Shown one piece after another: positions 46,333 to 56,067 of a stretch of DNA of 64,000 bases. Within the stretch, counting starts at the first letter, position 1; every line of letters begins with the position of its first letter. The DNA comes from Candidatus Poribacteria bacterium. Its GTDB lineage: Bacteria; Poribacteria; WGA-4E; WGA-3G. Below the pieces are notes generated by a model, which was not told the DNA's origin, did no database searches, and saw only the letters and a list, made by a program, of their open reading frames with translations. The DNA lies in the NCBI GenBank assembly GCA_022821065.1, contig JAJEEK010000017.1, positions 103-64,102 on the forward strand. Reading direction: 5' to 3'. The translations under genes and the position numbers were made by a program.

Positions 46333-47166
46333 ATGAAACGCAATCTATTTGTAAGACCAATTTGTAAACTACCGACTTATCTGGTATGTTTATTGCTGAT
46401 TGGCGTGCTCTGTCTACTCTATACAACAGAATTCGCGTCAGCACAGGTCTTAGACCCTGATTTAGTGCTGTATTTCGACTATGAAGAGTTCGCTGGCGAT
46501 GTTGTTGTAGAAAAATCTGGTCACGGTTATGACGGCGCGATTAATGGGAAGGTCGTGCAGTCGGACGACGGCAAGTTTGGGAAAGCTGCTGAATTTTCAT
46601 CGGGCAGTTTTCTGGACTTAGACGGTCCGAATATAGACCCTGACCATATTCCGACTGAAGGGATGAGCATCGTGGCGTGGATTCACGTTGATAACGTCAC
46701 GGATATGGCGATTTTCAATTCTCGCGCCGGTGATGGCACGTGGCTTGTTCACCCGGAGGCACGCGGTGATGGCAACTATCGTTGGTTGAATCGGAGTGCA
46801 GGCGGTGCAACGATTTTTGACATTCGCGCTGGCAAAAACAAAGCCAACGAGTGGATACACTACGCCGGAACATTCAGCCGCGCTGATGGTGCAGCCGCCC
46901 TCTACATCAACGGTGTGAAAGTGGGTGAGGCAAAAGCCCTCGTCGGTACACCTATCGCAGGCGATTGGGATCAGGGGGCTCGCGTCGGATATAATATCGA
47001 TAATAACCGACCCTTTGCCGGACTGATGGATGAACTTAACGTCTGGAAACGCGGTTTGACAGAAGATGAAGTCAATTCCATTATGGACCTCGGTATTGAA
47101 GAATTCTTCGCTGTCGAGGCGCAAGGCAAACTGGCAACAACTTGGGGCAAACTCAAGTCGAATTAG
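46333..47166 (+). CDS. secreted LamG (concanavalin-like lectin/glucanase) domain protein
   Basis: Signal anchor. LVLYFDYEE...GHGYDGAINGKV ... DELNVWKRGLTEDEV is typical of the LamG_3 type. AAGGAG RBS. Confidence 0.8.
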   Translation: MKRNLFVRPICKLPTYLVCLLLIGVLCLLYTTEFASAQVLDPDLVLYFDYEEFAGDVVVEKSGHGYDGAINGKVVQSDDGKFGKAAEFSSGSFLDLDGPNIDPDHIPTEGMSIVAWIHVDNVTDMAIFNSRAGDGTWLVHPEARGDGNYRWLNRSAGGATIFDIRAGKNKANEWIHYAGTFSRADGAAALYINGVKVGEAKALVGTPIAGDWDQGARVGYNIDNNRPFAGLMDELNVWKRGLTEDEVNSIMDLGIEEFFAVEAQGKLATTWGKLKSN

Positions 47167-47269
47167 GTTTAAGAAAAGAGCCATCCACTTCGCATTTGGC
47201 GCGCTATTGGAACGTAACAGCACCACCGGTGGCGTGCCTCTCCAATTTGCGTAGTTCTAATAGGAAAAC

Positions 47270-47857
47270 ATGGAAAACCGACCGAATAGACTCTGGCTAT
47301 CTATCCTGATACTCTGCTGTGCCACAGGATTAGATGCGGATGCCGAAACCTTCTTGTCGCGCTGGGACCAAACGCTATTTGATCGCACCTACGATGCGCC
47401 GCCACGCCGAGAACCGATGTGGACAATTATGGAAGGGGTTTCAGATCTTGGGGACTACCGAGGTGTGATGGGGGCGTCAATTCTTCTCATGGCTTATGGG
47501 AACGAATCGCACCGAAAGACCGGAAAACTCTTGTCCTCAGCATACATGGGAGCGGGGATTATAACGTTCGGTATGAAAAGATTGGTTGGCAGGAAACGAC
47601 CCCTTGATGAGACCCTCGGTAATCCTGCAATGCCGTCAGGACACGCGTCTATTACGTTCAGTGTCGCGACTATCTTAGGGTATGAGTATCCGAAATGGCG
47701 GATCCCGCTTTATCTCGGTGCTGGACTTGTCAGTTTCTCGCGGGTCTACTTAGGACGGCACTATCCATCAGATGTCATTGTCGGTGCGGTCATCGGTACA
47801 ACGACAGGCGTGCTCGTCTGGCACAACCGGATGACACTATTACAGTGGGAGTTTTAG
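47270..47857 (+). CDS. PAP2-family phosphatase
   Basis: KRLVGRKRP, PSGHAS and SRVYLGRHYPSDV match the three PAP2 motifs. Confidence 0.85.
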   Translation: MENRPNRLWLSILILCCATGLDADAETFLSRWDQTLFDRTYDAPPRREPMWTIMEGVSDLGDYRGVMGASILLMAYGNESHRKTGKLLSSAYMGAGIITFGMKRLVGRKRPLDETLGNPAMPSGHASITFSVATILGYEYPKWRIPLYLGAGLVSFSRVYLGRHYPSDVIVGAVIGTTTGVLVWHNRMTLLQWEF

Positions 47858-47964
47858 TGTCTTTTTCAAACCGTTCCGTGATGCAGTGCAGCGTAAAAAA
47901 AATAAAACCTTTGACAATAAAGTTCACAAAATGTAAAATACAGTTATATAGGAGGGTGTGAGGC

Positions 47965-48732
47965 ATGATTTATAGGAAACATCAGATCAATTTCCGCTAT
48001 CAGGTTCTGTGCAGTATCGGCTTACTCCTAACAATAGGCGTGTTGTTAGGCGGATGTACTGTTGCACCACAACCCTCAATTGATGCCTATATAGAACCCA
48101 TAGCGGAACGTTTTAATACGCAAATAAACCCTGAAACCGGTGCGGCAACAGTCGTCAAAGAGGGTGTCGCCGTTAGCATCAAACCGATCGATGAGGTGGA
48201 ACTGTTCGGATTGACCGAAGATCCGCGAATGAATCCGTATCTTATCGTCGAAAAGAATGGTGCTGTCGAACCGATCTACACCGTGTTTGAAATGATAACG
48301 CACAATCGTGATAACAACCGCGTTGTTGTGGAAGACATGGCAATACTGATTGATGCGAATGGTGCACAATACGCCAACCTATCAAGCGGCTATTTTGATT
48401 CACTTTATGACAACGTGAATGTCGCGCGTAGCGATCCTTGGCGTGCCGCCTCCCCCTACGGTTCCATGGCTTATCCTTCCCACTACGGTCACTATCAGTC
48501 CTACGTAGATGCTGAGGCATTAGAGTGGGGTCAAATTGTGATAGAGGATACCCTCTTTGAAAGCGGTAAACTGTTCTCCGGTGCGAAACGCAGCGGATTC
48601 TTAATTTTTGACCGTCTTGATCGTGAGGCTACGGAAATCAGGATTGTTGTACCAGAAATTCGGATCGTCCATTCAAATGGTAGAGAAGATAAATTGAACT
48701 TTAAAATTGACTTCAGGCAGGTCTTGCCGTAA
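47965..48732 (+). CDS. hypothetical lipoprotein
   Basis: LLLTIGVLLGGC lipobox. GGAGGG RBS. No recognised domain. Confidence 0.6.
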   Translation: MIYRKHQINFRYQVLCSIGLLLTIGVLLGGCTVAPQPSIDAYIEPIAERFNTQINPETGAATVVKEGVAVSIKPIDEVELFGLTEDPRMNPYLIVEKNGAVEPIYTVFEMITHNRDNNRVVVEDMAILIDANGAQYANLSSGYFDSLYDNVNVARSDPWRAASPYGSMAYPSHYGHYQSYVDAEALEWGQIVIEDTLFESGKLFSGAKRSGFLIFDRLDREATEIRIVVPEIRIVHSNGREDKLNFKIDFRQVLP

Positions 48733-48809
48733 AATAATCATCATTTCAATAACGTGATTCGGATTGATAACACGTAAGATTTGCCAGAAACGAAGGGAGT
48801 GTAGATAAA

Positions 48810-50006
48810 ATGAGAAATTGGCTTATAGGATTGTTGATAGTCGGGTTTGTGTCCGTTCTTGGCTGCCAGCCGCAAGATAAGAATACAAGCGAAACGCAGA
48901 AAGCACAGAAAGAGTTAAAAGTTGCTGTTGCTGCGCCATTTACAGGTAATGCCGCAGCATTCGGAGAAATGATTAAACGCGGTGCCGAACTCAAAGAAAA
49001 AGAAATTAACGAGGCGGGTGGGATCAACGGGATGAAGTTGACCCTACTTTTTGAAGATGATGCTGGCAAAGACGCTGAGGCGAGTCTCGTAGCAGAACGT
49101 ATCGCTAATAACTTGCAAATCCTTGCTGTTGTTGGCCACTTTAATAGCTCCTGTTCGTTAGCAGGTAAACCCATTTACCAAAGGGCTGGTATTGTTGAAC
49201 TGTCGCCCGGTTCTACGAATGTAACGGTTTGCGAGGGAAGTGATTGGACCTTCCGCAACTTGTATCGGGACGATTTTCAAGGAAAATTTATTGCCCAATA
49301 TATTAAAAAAATTCTGACAGACCTGGAATCTGTTGCGGTCTTTTTTGACAACGACGATTACGGGCGCGGTTTAAGAAACGCATTTGTCGCAGAAGCCGAA
49401 AGAATAGGACTTAACCTTGTCGCTTCGGAAGCCTACGATCGCGATAATACGGATTTTAAAGCGCAACTCACGAGTATTAAAGCGAAAGGCCCAGATGCTA
49501 TTTTCATATCGGGGCTCTATAGCGAAGCGGGCTTGATCGTCAAACAAGCACGTGAAACAGGAATAACTGCCCAGTTTTTCGGGGCGGATGGCGTGGATTC
49601 ACCGGATTTTCTTACAATCGCGGGGTCGTCAGCTGAAGGGACTTATTTGACGACGCCTTTCACCTTTGGTGCAGCAGATGCCAAAGCACAACAGATGGCA
49701 GCTAATTTTGAGAACCTGCACGGTGTGGCACCGGATACATGGGCAGCATTGACGTACGATGCCGTTGGAATGATTGCCGATGCCCTCGAAAAAACTTATA
49801 ACTCAGAAGCATCTGTCGCCGATAACCGAAAAGCTATCCGTGATCATTTAGCCTCCTTGGACACGCCTGAGGAAGGCTATAACGGTGTTACCGGGTTAAC
49901 CTATTTTGACCTAAACGGTGATACTGTTAACAAACCGGCTTACGTGAAAATTGTGAAAGACGGACAATTTACTGCTGCCGATCAACAATTACGCGAATTA
50001 GACTGA
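48810..50006 (+). CDS. periplasmic substrate-binding protein, LivJ/LivK family
   Basis: Lipobox VSVLGC. LKVAVAAPFTGNAAAFGEMIKRGAELKEKEINEAGGINGMKL. Confidence 0.9.
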   Translation: MRNWLIGLLIVGFVSVLGCQPQDKNTSETQKAQKELKVAVAAPFTGNAAAFGEMIKRGAELKEKEINEAGGINGMKLTLLFEDDAGKDAEASLVAERIANNLQILAVVGHFNSSCSLAGKPIYQRAGIVELSPGSTNVTVCEGSDWTFRNLYRDDFQGKFIAQYIKKILTDLESVAVFFDNDDYGRGLRNAFVAEAERIGLNLVASEAYDRDNTDFKAQLTSIKAKGPDAIFISGLYSEAGLIVKQARETGITAQFFGADGVDSPDFLTIAGSSAEGTYLTTPFTFGAADAKAQQMAANFENLHGVAPDTWAALTYDAVGMIADALEKTYNSEASVADNRKAIRDHLASLDTPEEGYNGVTGLTYFDLNGDTVNKPAYVKIVKDGQFTAADQQLRELD

Positions 50007-50008
50007 TC

Positions 50009-50131
50009 CAGGACTTACGCAATTTTGACGATATGACGCTTCGTTAGCGGATAACCTCTGAAAAAACAGAGGCGTTCTCGGGCCACAGGCGAACAGCGTA
50101 TGGTACAAAAGAGTAACCTGCGTAATTCCTA
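50009..50131 (-). mobile_element. MITE-1 copy F (inverted orientation, diverged centre)
   Basis: AGGACTTACGCA ... TGCGTAATTCCT. 5-bp duplication TGATC (50004-08 and 50132-36). The first copy contains the TGA stop of the binding-protein gene. Confidence 0.75.
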
Positions 50132-50219
50132 TGATCTAAAGTAGGTTGCCGCCCTACAACGCATCAGAGATAAAGAGCATCCGAACTTTCTATCAAATCG
50201 ATACCGAAAGAAGGGAACT

Positions 50220-51116
50220 ATGGCGCAATTTTTGGAGCAAATTATTAACGGGTTGGTGTTAGGCGGCATCTATGCGCTCATCGCTGTTGGCTATACCATG
50301 GTTTACGGTATTATTCAACTGATTAACTTCGCGCACGGCGAAATTTTCATGTTTGGTGCCTATATTGCGCTCATGCTTATAACAGTATTCGGTGTGCCTT
50401 TTTGGGTCGCATTGCCGCTGAGCATGGTTCTATGCGCGGTATTAGGCATGTTAATGGATTTGATAGCATACCGCCCTCTACGCGATGCGCCGCGCTTGTC
50501 CGCTCTGATTACAGCCATTGGCATGTCGCTGGCGTTACAAAACCTTGCCCGAATGATTTGGTCAGCCCGCCCCCGTCAATTTCCTGATGAAACTCTCCCG
50601 ACTATCTTTCTGAGTCAAAATGCAATATCGCTCCCTGGAGGCGCGACGCTCCCGTATCGGGATGTGTTCATTATCCTATTGGCACTTGTTTTAATGGTTG
50701 CCCTCAACAGGTTAATCTACTTAACTAAAATAGGTAAGGCGATGCGAGCTTGCGCTCAAAACTCGGTGGCGGCAAACTTGATGGGAATCAGAACAAACCG
50801 AGTGATCGCTATAACATTTATTATCGGTTCTGCCTTAGGAGCGGTTGCGGGTGTGATGGTGGGTCTGCGCGAAGTGGTTACGCCAACGATGGGATACTAC
50901 AAAGGGGTTGCGGCTTTTGCTGCTGCCGTTCTCGGTGGTATAGGTAACATCACAGGCGCAATGCTGGGTGGGATCATAATCGGGTTAGCCGAAGTTTTTG
51001 GGGCTGGATACATTTCTTCAGGGTACCGGTTGGCAATCGCCTACATTATTATGATTGCAGTCATTGTTATTCGTCCCTCCGGACTATTCGGAAAATCAAC
51101 AGGAAAGCGGGCTTAG
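50220..51116 (+). CDS. livH: branched-chain amino acid ABC permease
   Basis: MAQFLEQIINGLVLGGIYALIAVGYTMVYGIIQLINFAHGE is the canonical LivH start. Confidence 0.9.
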   Translation: MAQFLEQIINGLVLGGIYALIAVGYTMVYGIIQLINFAHGEIFMFGAYIALMLITVFGVPFWVALPLSMVLCAVLGMLMDLIAYRPLRDAPRLSALITAIGMSLALQNLARMIWSARPRQFPDETLPTIFLSQNAISLPGGATLPYRDVFIILLALVLMVALNRLIYLTKIGKAMRACAQNSVAANLMGIRTNRVIAITFIIGSALGAVAGVMVGLREVVTPTMGYYKGVAAFAAAVLGGIGNITGAMLGGIIIGLAEVFGAGYISSGYRLAIAYIIMIAVIVIRPSGLFGKSTGKRA

Positions 51117-51117
51117 G

Positions 51118-52116
51118 ATGAAAAACAAATTAACACCGAAAAATATCCTCTTCGGATTACTTGTCTGTTGTTTACCACTGCTGATGTATGGTGTTGATAG
51201 AATAGCACTATTCTTGTCAGGGTATGATATCTATCTCGGTCTGCCGAGCGGCGATTACATGCTACGGATCATTGTCCGAGCATGCTTATATATGCTTCTC
51301 GCGATTGGACTCAACATTGTGTGCGGGTTCACTGGATTGCTCGATCTGGGCTACGTCGGTTTTTATCTGATCGGTGGTTACACAGCAGGTTTATTAATGG
51401 CACGTCTCGGCGTGACGTACTGGGTTGCACTGCCCCTCGCTGTACTCAATGGAGCGTTGTGGGGTTTACTACGTGGCGCACCTACTTTGCGCCTCACAGG
51501 CGATTATTTTGCGATTGTCACTTTTGGGTTTGCCGAGTTGCTTTTCCGTATCGTGAAAAATGAACAGTGGTTGATCGGGGGCCCGAATGGGTTGGTTCGT
51601 GACATTCCACCGCCTGCGATTTTTGGATTGACCTTCAATCAAAATTGGCACAATTATTACCATATTCTTATCCTGCTTGCCTTTGTCGTTTTTATCACTT
51701 ATCGGTTAGAAAATTCTCGCGTGGGTAGAGCGTGGGTGGCTATCCGTGAAGATGAACAAGCAGCAGAGAGCATGGGGATTAATGTCAGCCGTTATAAATC
51801 GCTCGCGTTTGCTGTGAGTGCAGCGATCGGCGGACTCGGTGGTGCTTTCATCGCCCAATTTCAGGTTAACATTAGTGCTCCGTTCTTTGAGTTCTGGGAA
51901 TCTATTTTGATTCTCTGTATGGTAGTCCTCGGTGGTATGGGAAGCATTAGAGGGGCAATGATAGGTGCGGCGATTCTCGGATCATTAGGTGAAATTTTAC
52001 GACCCGGTTTCATTGTCCCCTATCAATTCGGCAACGCTCGCTACCTTATCTTTGGGATTATTCTCATTCTGCTGATGCGTTTCCGTCCAGGTGGACTCAT
52101 TCTGAAAAAAGCGTAA
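51118..52116 (+). CDS. livM: branched-chain amino acid ABC permease
   Basis: LNIVCGFTGLLDLGYVGFYLIGGY core. Start trimmed to ATG 51118 (MKNKLTPKN), 2 nt after the livH stop. Confidence 0.9.
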   Translation: MKNKLTPKNILFGLLVCCLPLLMYGVDRIALFLSGYDIYLGLPSGDYMLRIIVRACLYMLLAIGLNIVCGFTGLLDLGYVGFYLIGGYTAGLLMARLGVTYWVALPLAVLNGALWGLLRGAPTLRLTGDYFAIVTFGFAELLFRIVKNEQWLIGGPNGLVRDIPPPAIFGLTFNQNWHNYYHILILLAFVVFITYRLENSRVGRAWVAIREDEQAAESMGINVSRYKSLAFAVSAAIGGLGGAFIAQFQVNISAPFFEFWESILILCMVVLGGMGSIRGAMIGAAILGSLGEILRPGFIVPYQFGNARYLIFGIILILLMRFRPGGLILKKA

Positions 52117-52129
52117 AACCAATTGGTTT

Positions 52130-53158
52130 TTATCGGTGCGATTTGCGCGGCCATAGTCTAAAGTGCAGTCCGTGAAAAATAAGCAGAATCAACGCCCCTG
52201 CGACAAACCATTGGAAACGTTCCTGATACGCACCATCCGCTCGGACGGTGAACCGCTGCTTTTCGAGTCGGGCCAAGTCTGTCGCTAACTGTGTGATTCC
52301 GGTTTTTGCATGGTAGTAATTGCCGTTTCCTGCTTTTGCGATTTCTTGTAGAAGTTCTTCATCTAATGCCGTTAGCACGAGTTGTCCGTTCACATCACGC
52401 TTATAAGGTGTCGCGCCGGTGCTGACATCTCCACGCAGCGGAATGGGGACAGGTCTAACGGGGCTCCCGATACCGACACAGTAGATATGCACGCCTTTCG
52501 GTGCCGCTGCCTTTGCGGCTTTGATCGCCTCTCCGCCGTGATCCTCACCATCTGTAAATAGAATCAGAGCCTTCTGCGCGTTAATACCGGACGCTATTGT
52601 TGCGTTTTTTTCTTCTAAAAAGAGACGCGCTGTAGCCGTCTCAATGGCGTTAGCGATACGCGTGCCGCTATGCGCAAGCGTTTCTGCGGTCACTGCCGCT
52701 AAGAATTCCCTGAGTGTGCCGGTATCACTGGTTAAAGGACACACCACGAAACTCGCCTCCGCGAAATAGAGTAACCCGACACGGTCTCCCTCGAGTTCTG
52801 CTAAGAGTGAGAACATAACCTCTTTGGCGCGATCGAGTCGCCGAACGGACTGCCCATCTTCTGCAAGCATACTCGTCGAAATATCCAGAGCGAGGATGAC
52901 ATCCAACCGTTCGGCAACAGATTCGGGTTTCGCGCCCCACTGCGGACGTGCAACCGCGAGTATAATACAGAGACAACTGAGCAGCAACAATCCGGCTTGA
53001 ATCTTGTGCCGCTGCAGATGTGCGGGATCGACATTGCTATGGAATCGTAGCAGTGCCTTCTGTTTTTGTCGCATCCCAAAAAGGAGCAGGAAAATTAGGG
53101 GCGGGATTGCCCATAGGAAGTGTAGATATTCGGGGTTACCGAAACGGAGCCAGTTCAT
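52130..53158 (-). CDS. VWA-domain membrane protein (BatA/BatB-like)
   Basis: N-terminal TM pair. MIDAS VILALDISTSM. C-terminal TM. Start trimmed to ATG 53158 because the longer ORF reads through a MITE fragment. Confidence 0.8.
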   Translation of the reverse strand: MNWLRFGNPEYLHFLWAIPPLIFLLLFGMRQKQKALLRFHSNVDPAHLQRHKIQAGLLLLSCLCIILAVARPQWGAKPESVAERLDVILALDISTSMLAEDGQSVRRLDRAKEVMFSLLAELEGDRVGLLYFAEASFVVCPLTSDTGTLREFLAAVTAETLAHSGTRIANAIETATARLFLEEKNATIASGINAQKALILFTDGEDHGGEAIKAAKAAAPKGVHIYCVGIGSPVRPVPIPLRGDVSTGATPYKRDVNGQLVLTALDEELLQEIAKAGNGNYYHAKTGITQLATDLARLEKQRFTVRADGAYQERFQWFVAGALILLIFHGLHFRLWPRKSHR

Positions 53159-53171
53159 ATTTTTAATTAGT

Positions 53172-53240
53172 GGGTTCTCGCGCCGTATGTGCCACAAACT
53201 AACAGTTTGCGGCACAAAAGAGCAGCATGCGTAAGTCCTG
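53172..53240 (-). mobile_element. MITE-1 partial copy G
   Basis: CCACAAACT-aac-AGTTTGCGGCACAAAAGAGCAGCATGCGTAAGTCCT, which is the hairpin plus one terminus. The other terminus is not recognisable. Confidence 0.6.
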
Positions 53241-54230
53241 TTAGAAAAGGATAGCGTTGCGAACACGTTCAAAAATTTCAATTCCATAATCAAGATGCGC
53301 TTTGGTAGCGACGTTGAAAGAGATACCGAAATTTTTGACGGTCACATTCGGCAAGTTGGCTCTGCACTCAACGATATGGAGTGGTGTAAAATCGCCGTGT
53401 ACGTCAATGCGGAAATGGGTGGCTCTTCTTGACGGGTATGTGTCAAGCCACCAGCGTCCACCGATCGTCATTCGGAGTTTTGCGATGCGCGGTCGCAGCG
53501 TGGCACCACATGTGTCAACGTATTCAACAAATTCGTTAGCGACCTGTAGGAGATCTTCATTCACCTGCAGTATGTCAAGGAACGATGCGAGTGTCATAAA
53601 CTGCTGTGTGGTGCGACCATAGTTCCGTTCTTCCTCCTTGACGACTGTCCCACCGAGGACAGTTTCGGTGGCAACCAAAATCTCATCTGGTGCATGATAG
53701 GAAAAATAGGAGATATAGGTGAGATCCAACCCCAAAGCTCGCAGGTATTCGGCGACCTCTAAGACGCGTGTATCCACGCCTTCCGAAATAAGTACCAATC
53801 GCTGTTTCTGATTGAATGCCGATTTGCGAATGTCGCCCGGTTCATATTCAAAGAATTCGCTGTGCATGGCGGTGAGTGTCGAGAATTCTTTCCCCTGCTG
53901 TTGACACCATCTGTAAGCGAGTTGCTCCAGTTCTATGAAAGAGAGTTGTGAAACACCGGCGGCGTACTCCAAAATTTGTGTGATAGCTGTCCGAGACGGT
54001 TTTCCGCGTTTGAGTTCAATAATCACACAATTTCCTTGGCGATCAAGCGCGAGGAGGTCAATCTTCTGTTTCGAGGTACTCAGTGGCGGTTGCCTACTGA
54101 TAATACAGAGCGGTTCACCGAGAACGAGCGTTGCGTCTTTTTCAAGGAGGTCCTCAAACTCGCGTTCTTCGCTGAAACGTAGCGGCTCCAGCCTCCCAAA
54201 TTTGCGTTCTTCCCAACGGTAAACTTCCAT
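53241..54230 (-). CDS. NucS/DUF91-like PD-(D/E)xK nuclease-fold protein with an unknown C-terminal domain
   Basis: KIDLLALDRQGNCVIIELKRGKPSRTAITQILEYAAGV matches the NucS-type D...ExK core. Start trimmed to ATG 54230 (MEVYRWEERKF). Confidence 0.6.
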   Translation of the reverse strand: MEVYRWEERKFGRLEPLRFSEEREFEDLLEKDATLVLGEPLCIISRQPPLSTSKQKIDLLALDRQGNCVIIELKRGKPSRTAITQILEYAAGVSQLSFIELEQLAYRWCQQQGKEFSTLTAMHSEFFEYEPGDIRKSAFNQKQRLVLISEGVDTRVLEVAEYLRALGLDLTYISYFSYHAPDEILVATETVLGGTVVKEEERNYGRTTQQFMTLASFLDILQVNEDLLQVANEFVEYVDTCGATLRPRIAKLRMTIGGRWWLDTYPSRRATHFRIDVHGDFTPLHIVECRANLPNVTVKNFGISFNVATKAHLDYGIEIFERVRNAILF

Positions 54231-54374
54231 CTTTTTAATGTTCCTTGCGGTTCGTTCAGGCGAGGCGTATGTGAAATGTCGATTCCGTATCTCTGGCGCG
54301 CCTGCCCCTCCCAGTAATGGGTGGGGATCCCGGTTGCGCTTACATGTTAGCGTGAAAGATATATACAACTCCGC

Positions 54375-56066
54375 TCACAAATTAGAATTTAGCCACCGAA
54401 TGTGTCCGCGATACGCTTCAACCTCTGCTACGACCTTCGCCGGATTCCAGCCATTTTTCTCACTTAAGAATTGTGCGATTTGTGGGGCACTGTCAAGCCC
54501 TTGGCCTCGCGTCCAACCGATACGCGTGCGTCGCCAGAGGAGATCGTCGAGTGTCATCGCCATCTCGCCCCAATAGGCATAGAGGAGTTCTGCTTTCGTG
54601 AACGGAAGAGACGGCGTTATCGGTTCAGCGAGTGCCGCGTCGTCGTTAACAAACTGTTGAATCACGCGGTATCCATCGCCATACCGTTCAACGAGACGCG
54701 CCACATCAGCGTTTGATAGCGAGTGGTGATTCCTATTTCCGTTCGGTTCCTGCACCGATGCGTCAAGCAATGGACGGGTATCTGTCTTACAGTGACGCGG
54801 GACGTTCAAAAAGGCTGCGAGATAGTCTACAGTCTCCTGAGCCATCTGCCGATGCGTTGTGAGTTTTCCACCATATAGATACATCACTCCGCTTGGACTC
54901 TCCGTGATTAGGTGTTCTCTGGACACAAAACCTGTTCTTGTGAGTCCTCGCTTGTGTAAGTTCGCTGCGATGAGGGGACGGGTGCCTGCATAAGCGGCGA
55001 TAATCGCATCTCTGTTGAGCGTTTTTTCAGGAAAAATCCGCTGCGTTTCCGAAAGCAGATACGTCGCCTCGTCAGCTGAGGGACGGACAGATGCCAACGC
55101 CTCCTTCGGAGTCGTCTCAGTGGTCCCGACGATAGAAGTCTCGTATGCGCCCGGTAAAATAAAGATAACACGCGGATTACGTTTGCGCTGCTTTTCCGAG
55201 CGTGTGCAAACAATCAGACCGTATGCTTCGGAGTCGTTCTGTTTCCCGCAGCGCGGCAAGATGAGATGAACCCCTTTCGCTTTTTCTGTCAGGAGGCGCG
55301 GTGTCCCATCGTAACTTGGGTCTTTACGCCATATTTCGTCGCTCCAAGGTCCCGTTGCTGACACAATTTTTCGAGCGGTTATTTCAAAACGTTGTCCAGA
55401 GATGACATCTTCAGCAGTTACCGCGGACATCCCATCCTCGGCAACAGTGTCCGATTGCGTGACAAAATCGAGGAACCGGACATAGTTCGCGACGATAGCA
55501 CCGTGTCGGTGTGCATCTTTGAGAGTAGCGAGTGTTAACCTTGCATCGTCAACAGTGCTATCCCATAATAGGACACACCCTTTTAGGCTATCAGTGGCAA
55601 TAGGTCCTACCAATTGTCTCACTTTTTGTCGGTCACGAATTACCGCTGTTTTTTCTGTTTCATCTGCTTTAAAGAGACGATTGTAGTAATGTGCAGCGAG
55701 TTGTATGCCCGTCAAAGGGTACGGATCGCCTCTGTAATTGAGCAGTGCTATTGGCATCGGTTTGACGAGATTCGGTGCGATGCGTCGGAGGATTTCACGT
55801 TCCTTACGTGATTTTTTAACAAGGTCAATATCACGTTTAAGGAGGTACCGAAAGCCTCCATGAACCAGTTGAGAGGTTGCGCTGCTCGTTCCGTTTGCGA
55901 AATCGCCCTGCTCAATTAACCCGACTTTGATGCCGCCGTTGAGTGCGAGATCACGAATGAGACCCGCACCGACGATACCACCACCGATAATTAAGACATC
56001 CAATCTTTCAGTCTTGAGTGTCTGAATATTGTTGGATCGGGTTCGGGCTGAAAATTCTGTTGACAT
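54375..56066 (-). CDS. glpD: FAD-dependent glycerol-3-phosphate dehydrogenase-like oxidoreductase
   Basis: DVLIIGGGIVGAGLIRDLA ... GTSSATSQLVHGGFRYL N-terminus. C-terminal DAO_C-like LLWRRTRIG. Confidence 0.8.
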   Translation of the reverse strand: MSTEFSARTRSNNIQTLKTERLDVLIIGGGIVGAGLIRDLALNGGIKVGLIEQGDFANGTSSATSQLVHGGFRYLLKRDIDLVKKSRKEREILRRIAPNLVKPMPIALLNYRGDPYPLTGIQLAAHYYNRLFKADETEKTAVIRDRQKVRQLVGPIATDSLKGCVLLWDSTVDDARLTLATLKDAHRHGAIVANYVRFLDFVTQSDTVAEDGMSAVTAEDVISGQRFEITARKIVSATGPWSDEIWRKDPSYDGTPRLLTEKAKGVHLILPRCGKQNDSEAYGLIVCTRSEKQRKRNPRVIFILPGAYETSIVGTTETTPKEALASVRPSADEATYLLSETQRIFPEKTLNRDAIIAAYAGTRPLIAANLHKRGLTRTGFVSREHLITESPSGVMYLYGGKLTTHRQMAQETVDYLAAFLNVPRHCKTDTRPLLDASVQEPNGNRNHHSLSNADVARLVERYGDGYRVIQQFVNDDAALAEPITPSLPFTKAELLYAYWGEMAMTLDDLLWRRTRIGWTRGQGLDSAPQIAQFLSEKNGWNPAKVVAEVEAYRGHIRWLNSNL

Positions 56067-56067
56067 C

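Noticed and set aside
52130-54368. The long N-terminal extensions in the ORF track (52130..53293 and 53241..54368; likewise 8806..9699, 17470..18309, 42160..43491, 51055..52116 and 37029..37868)
   Set aside because: The extensions overlap upstream genes or read through MITE or REP sequence. Internal ATGs with better spacing, an RBS or paralog alignment were used instead.
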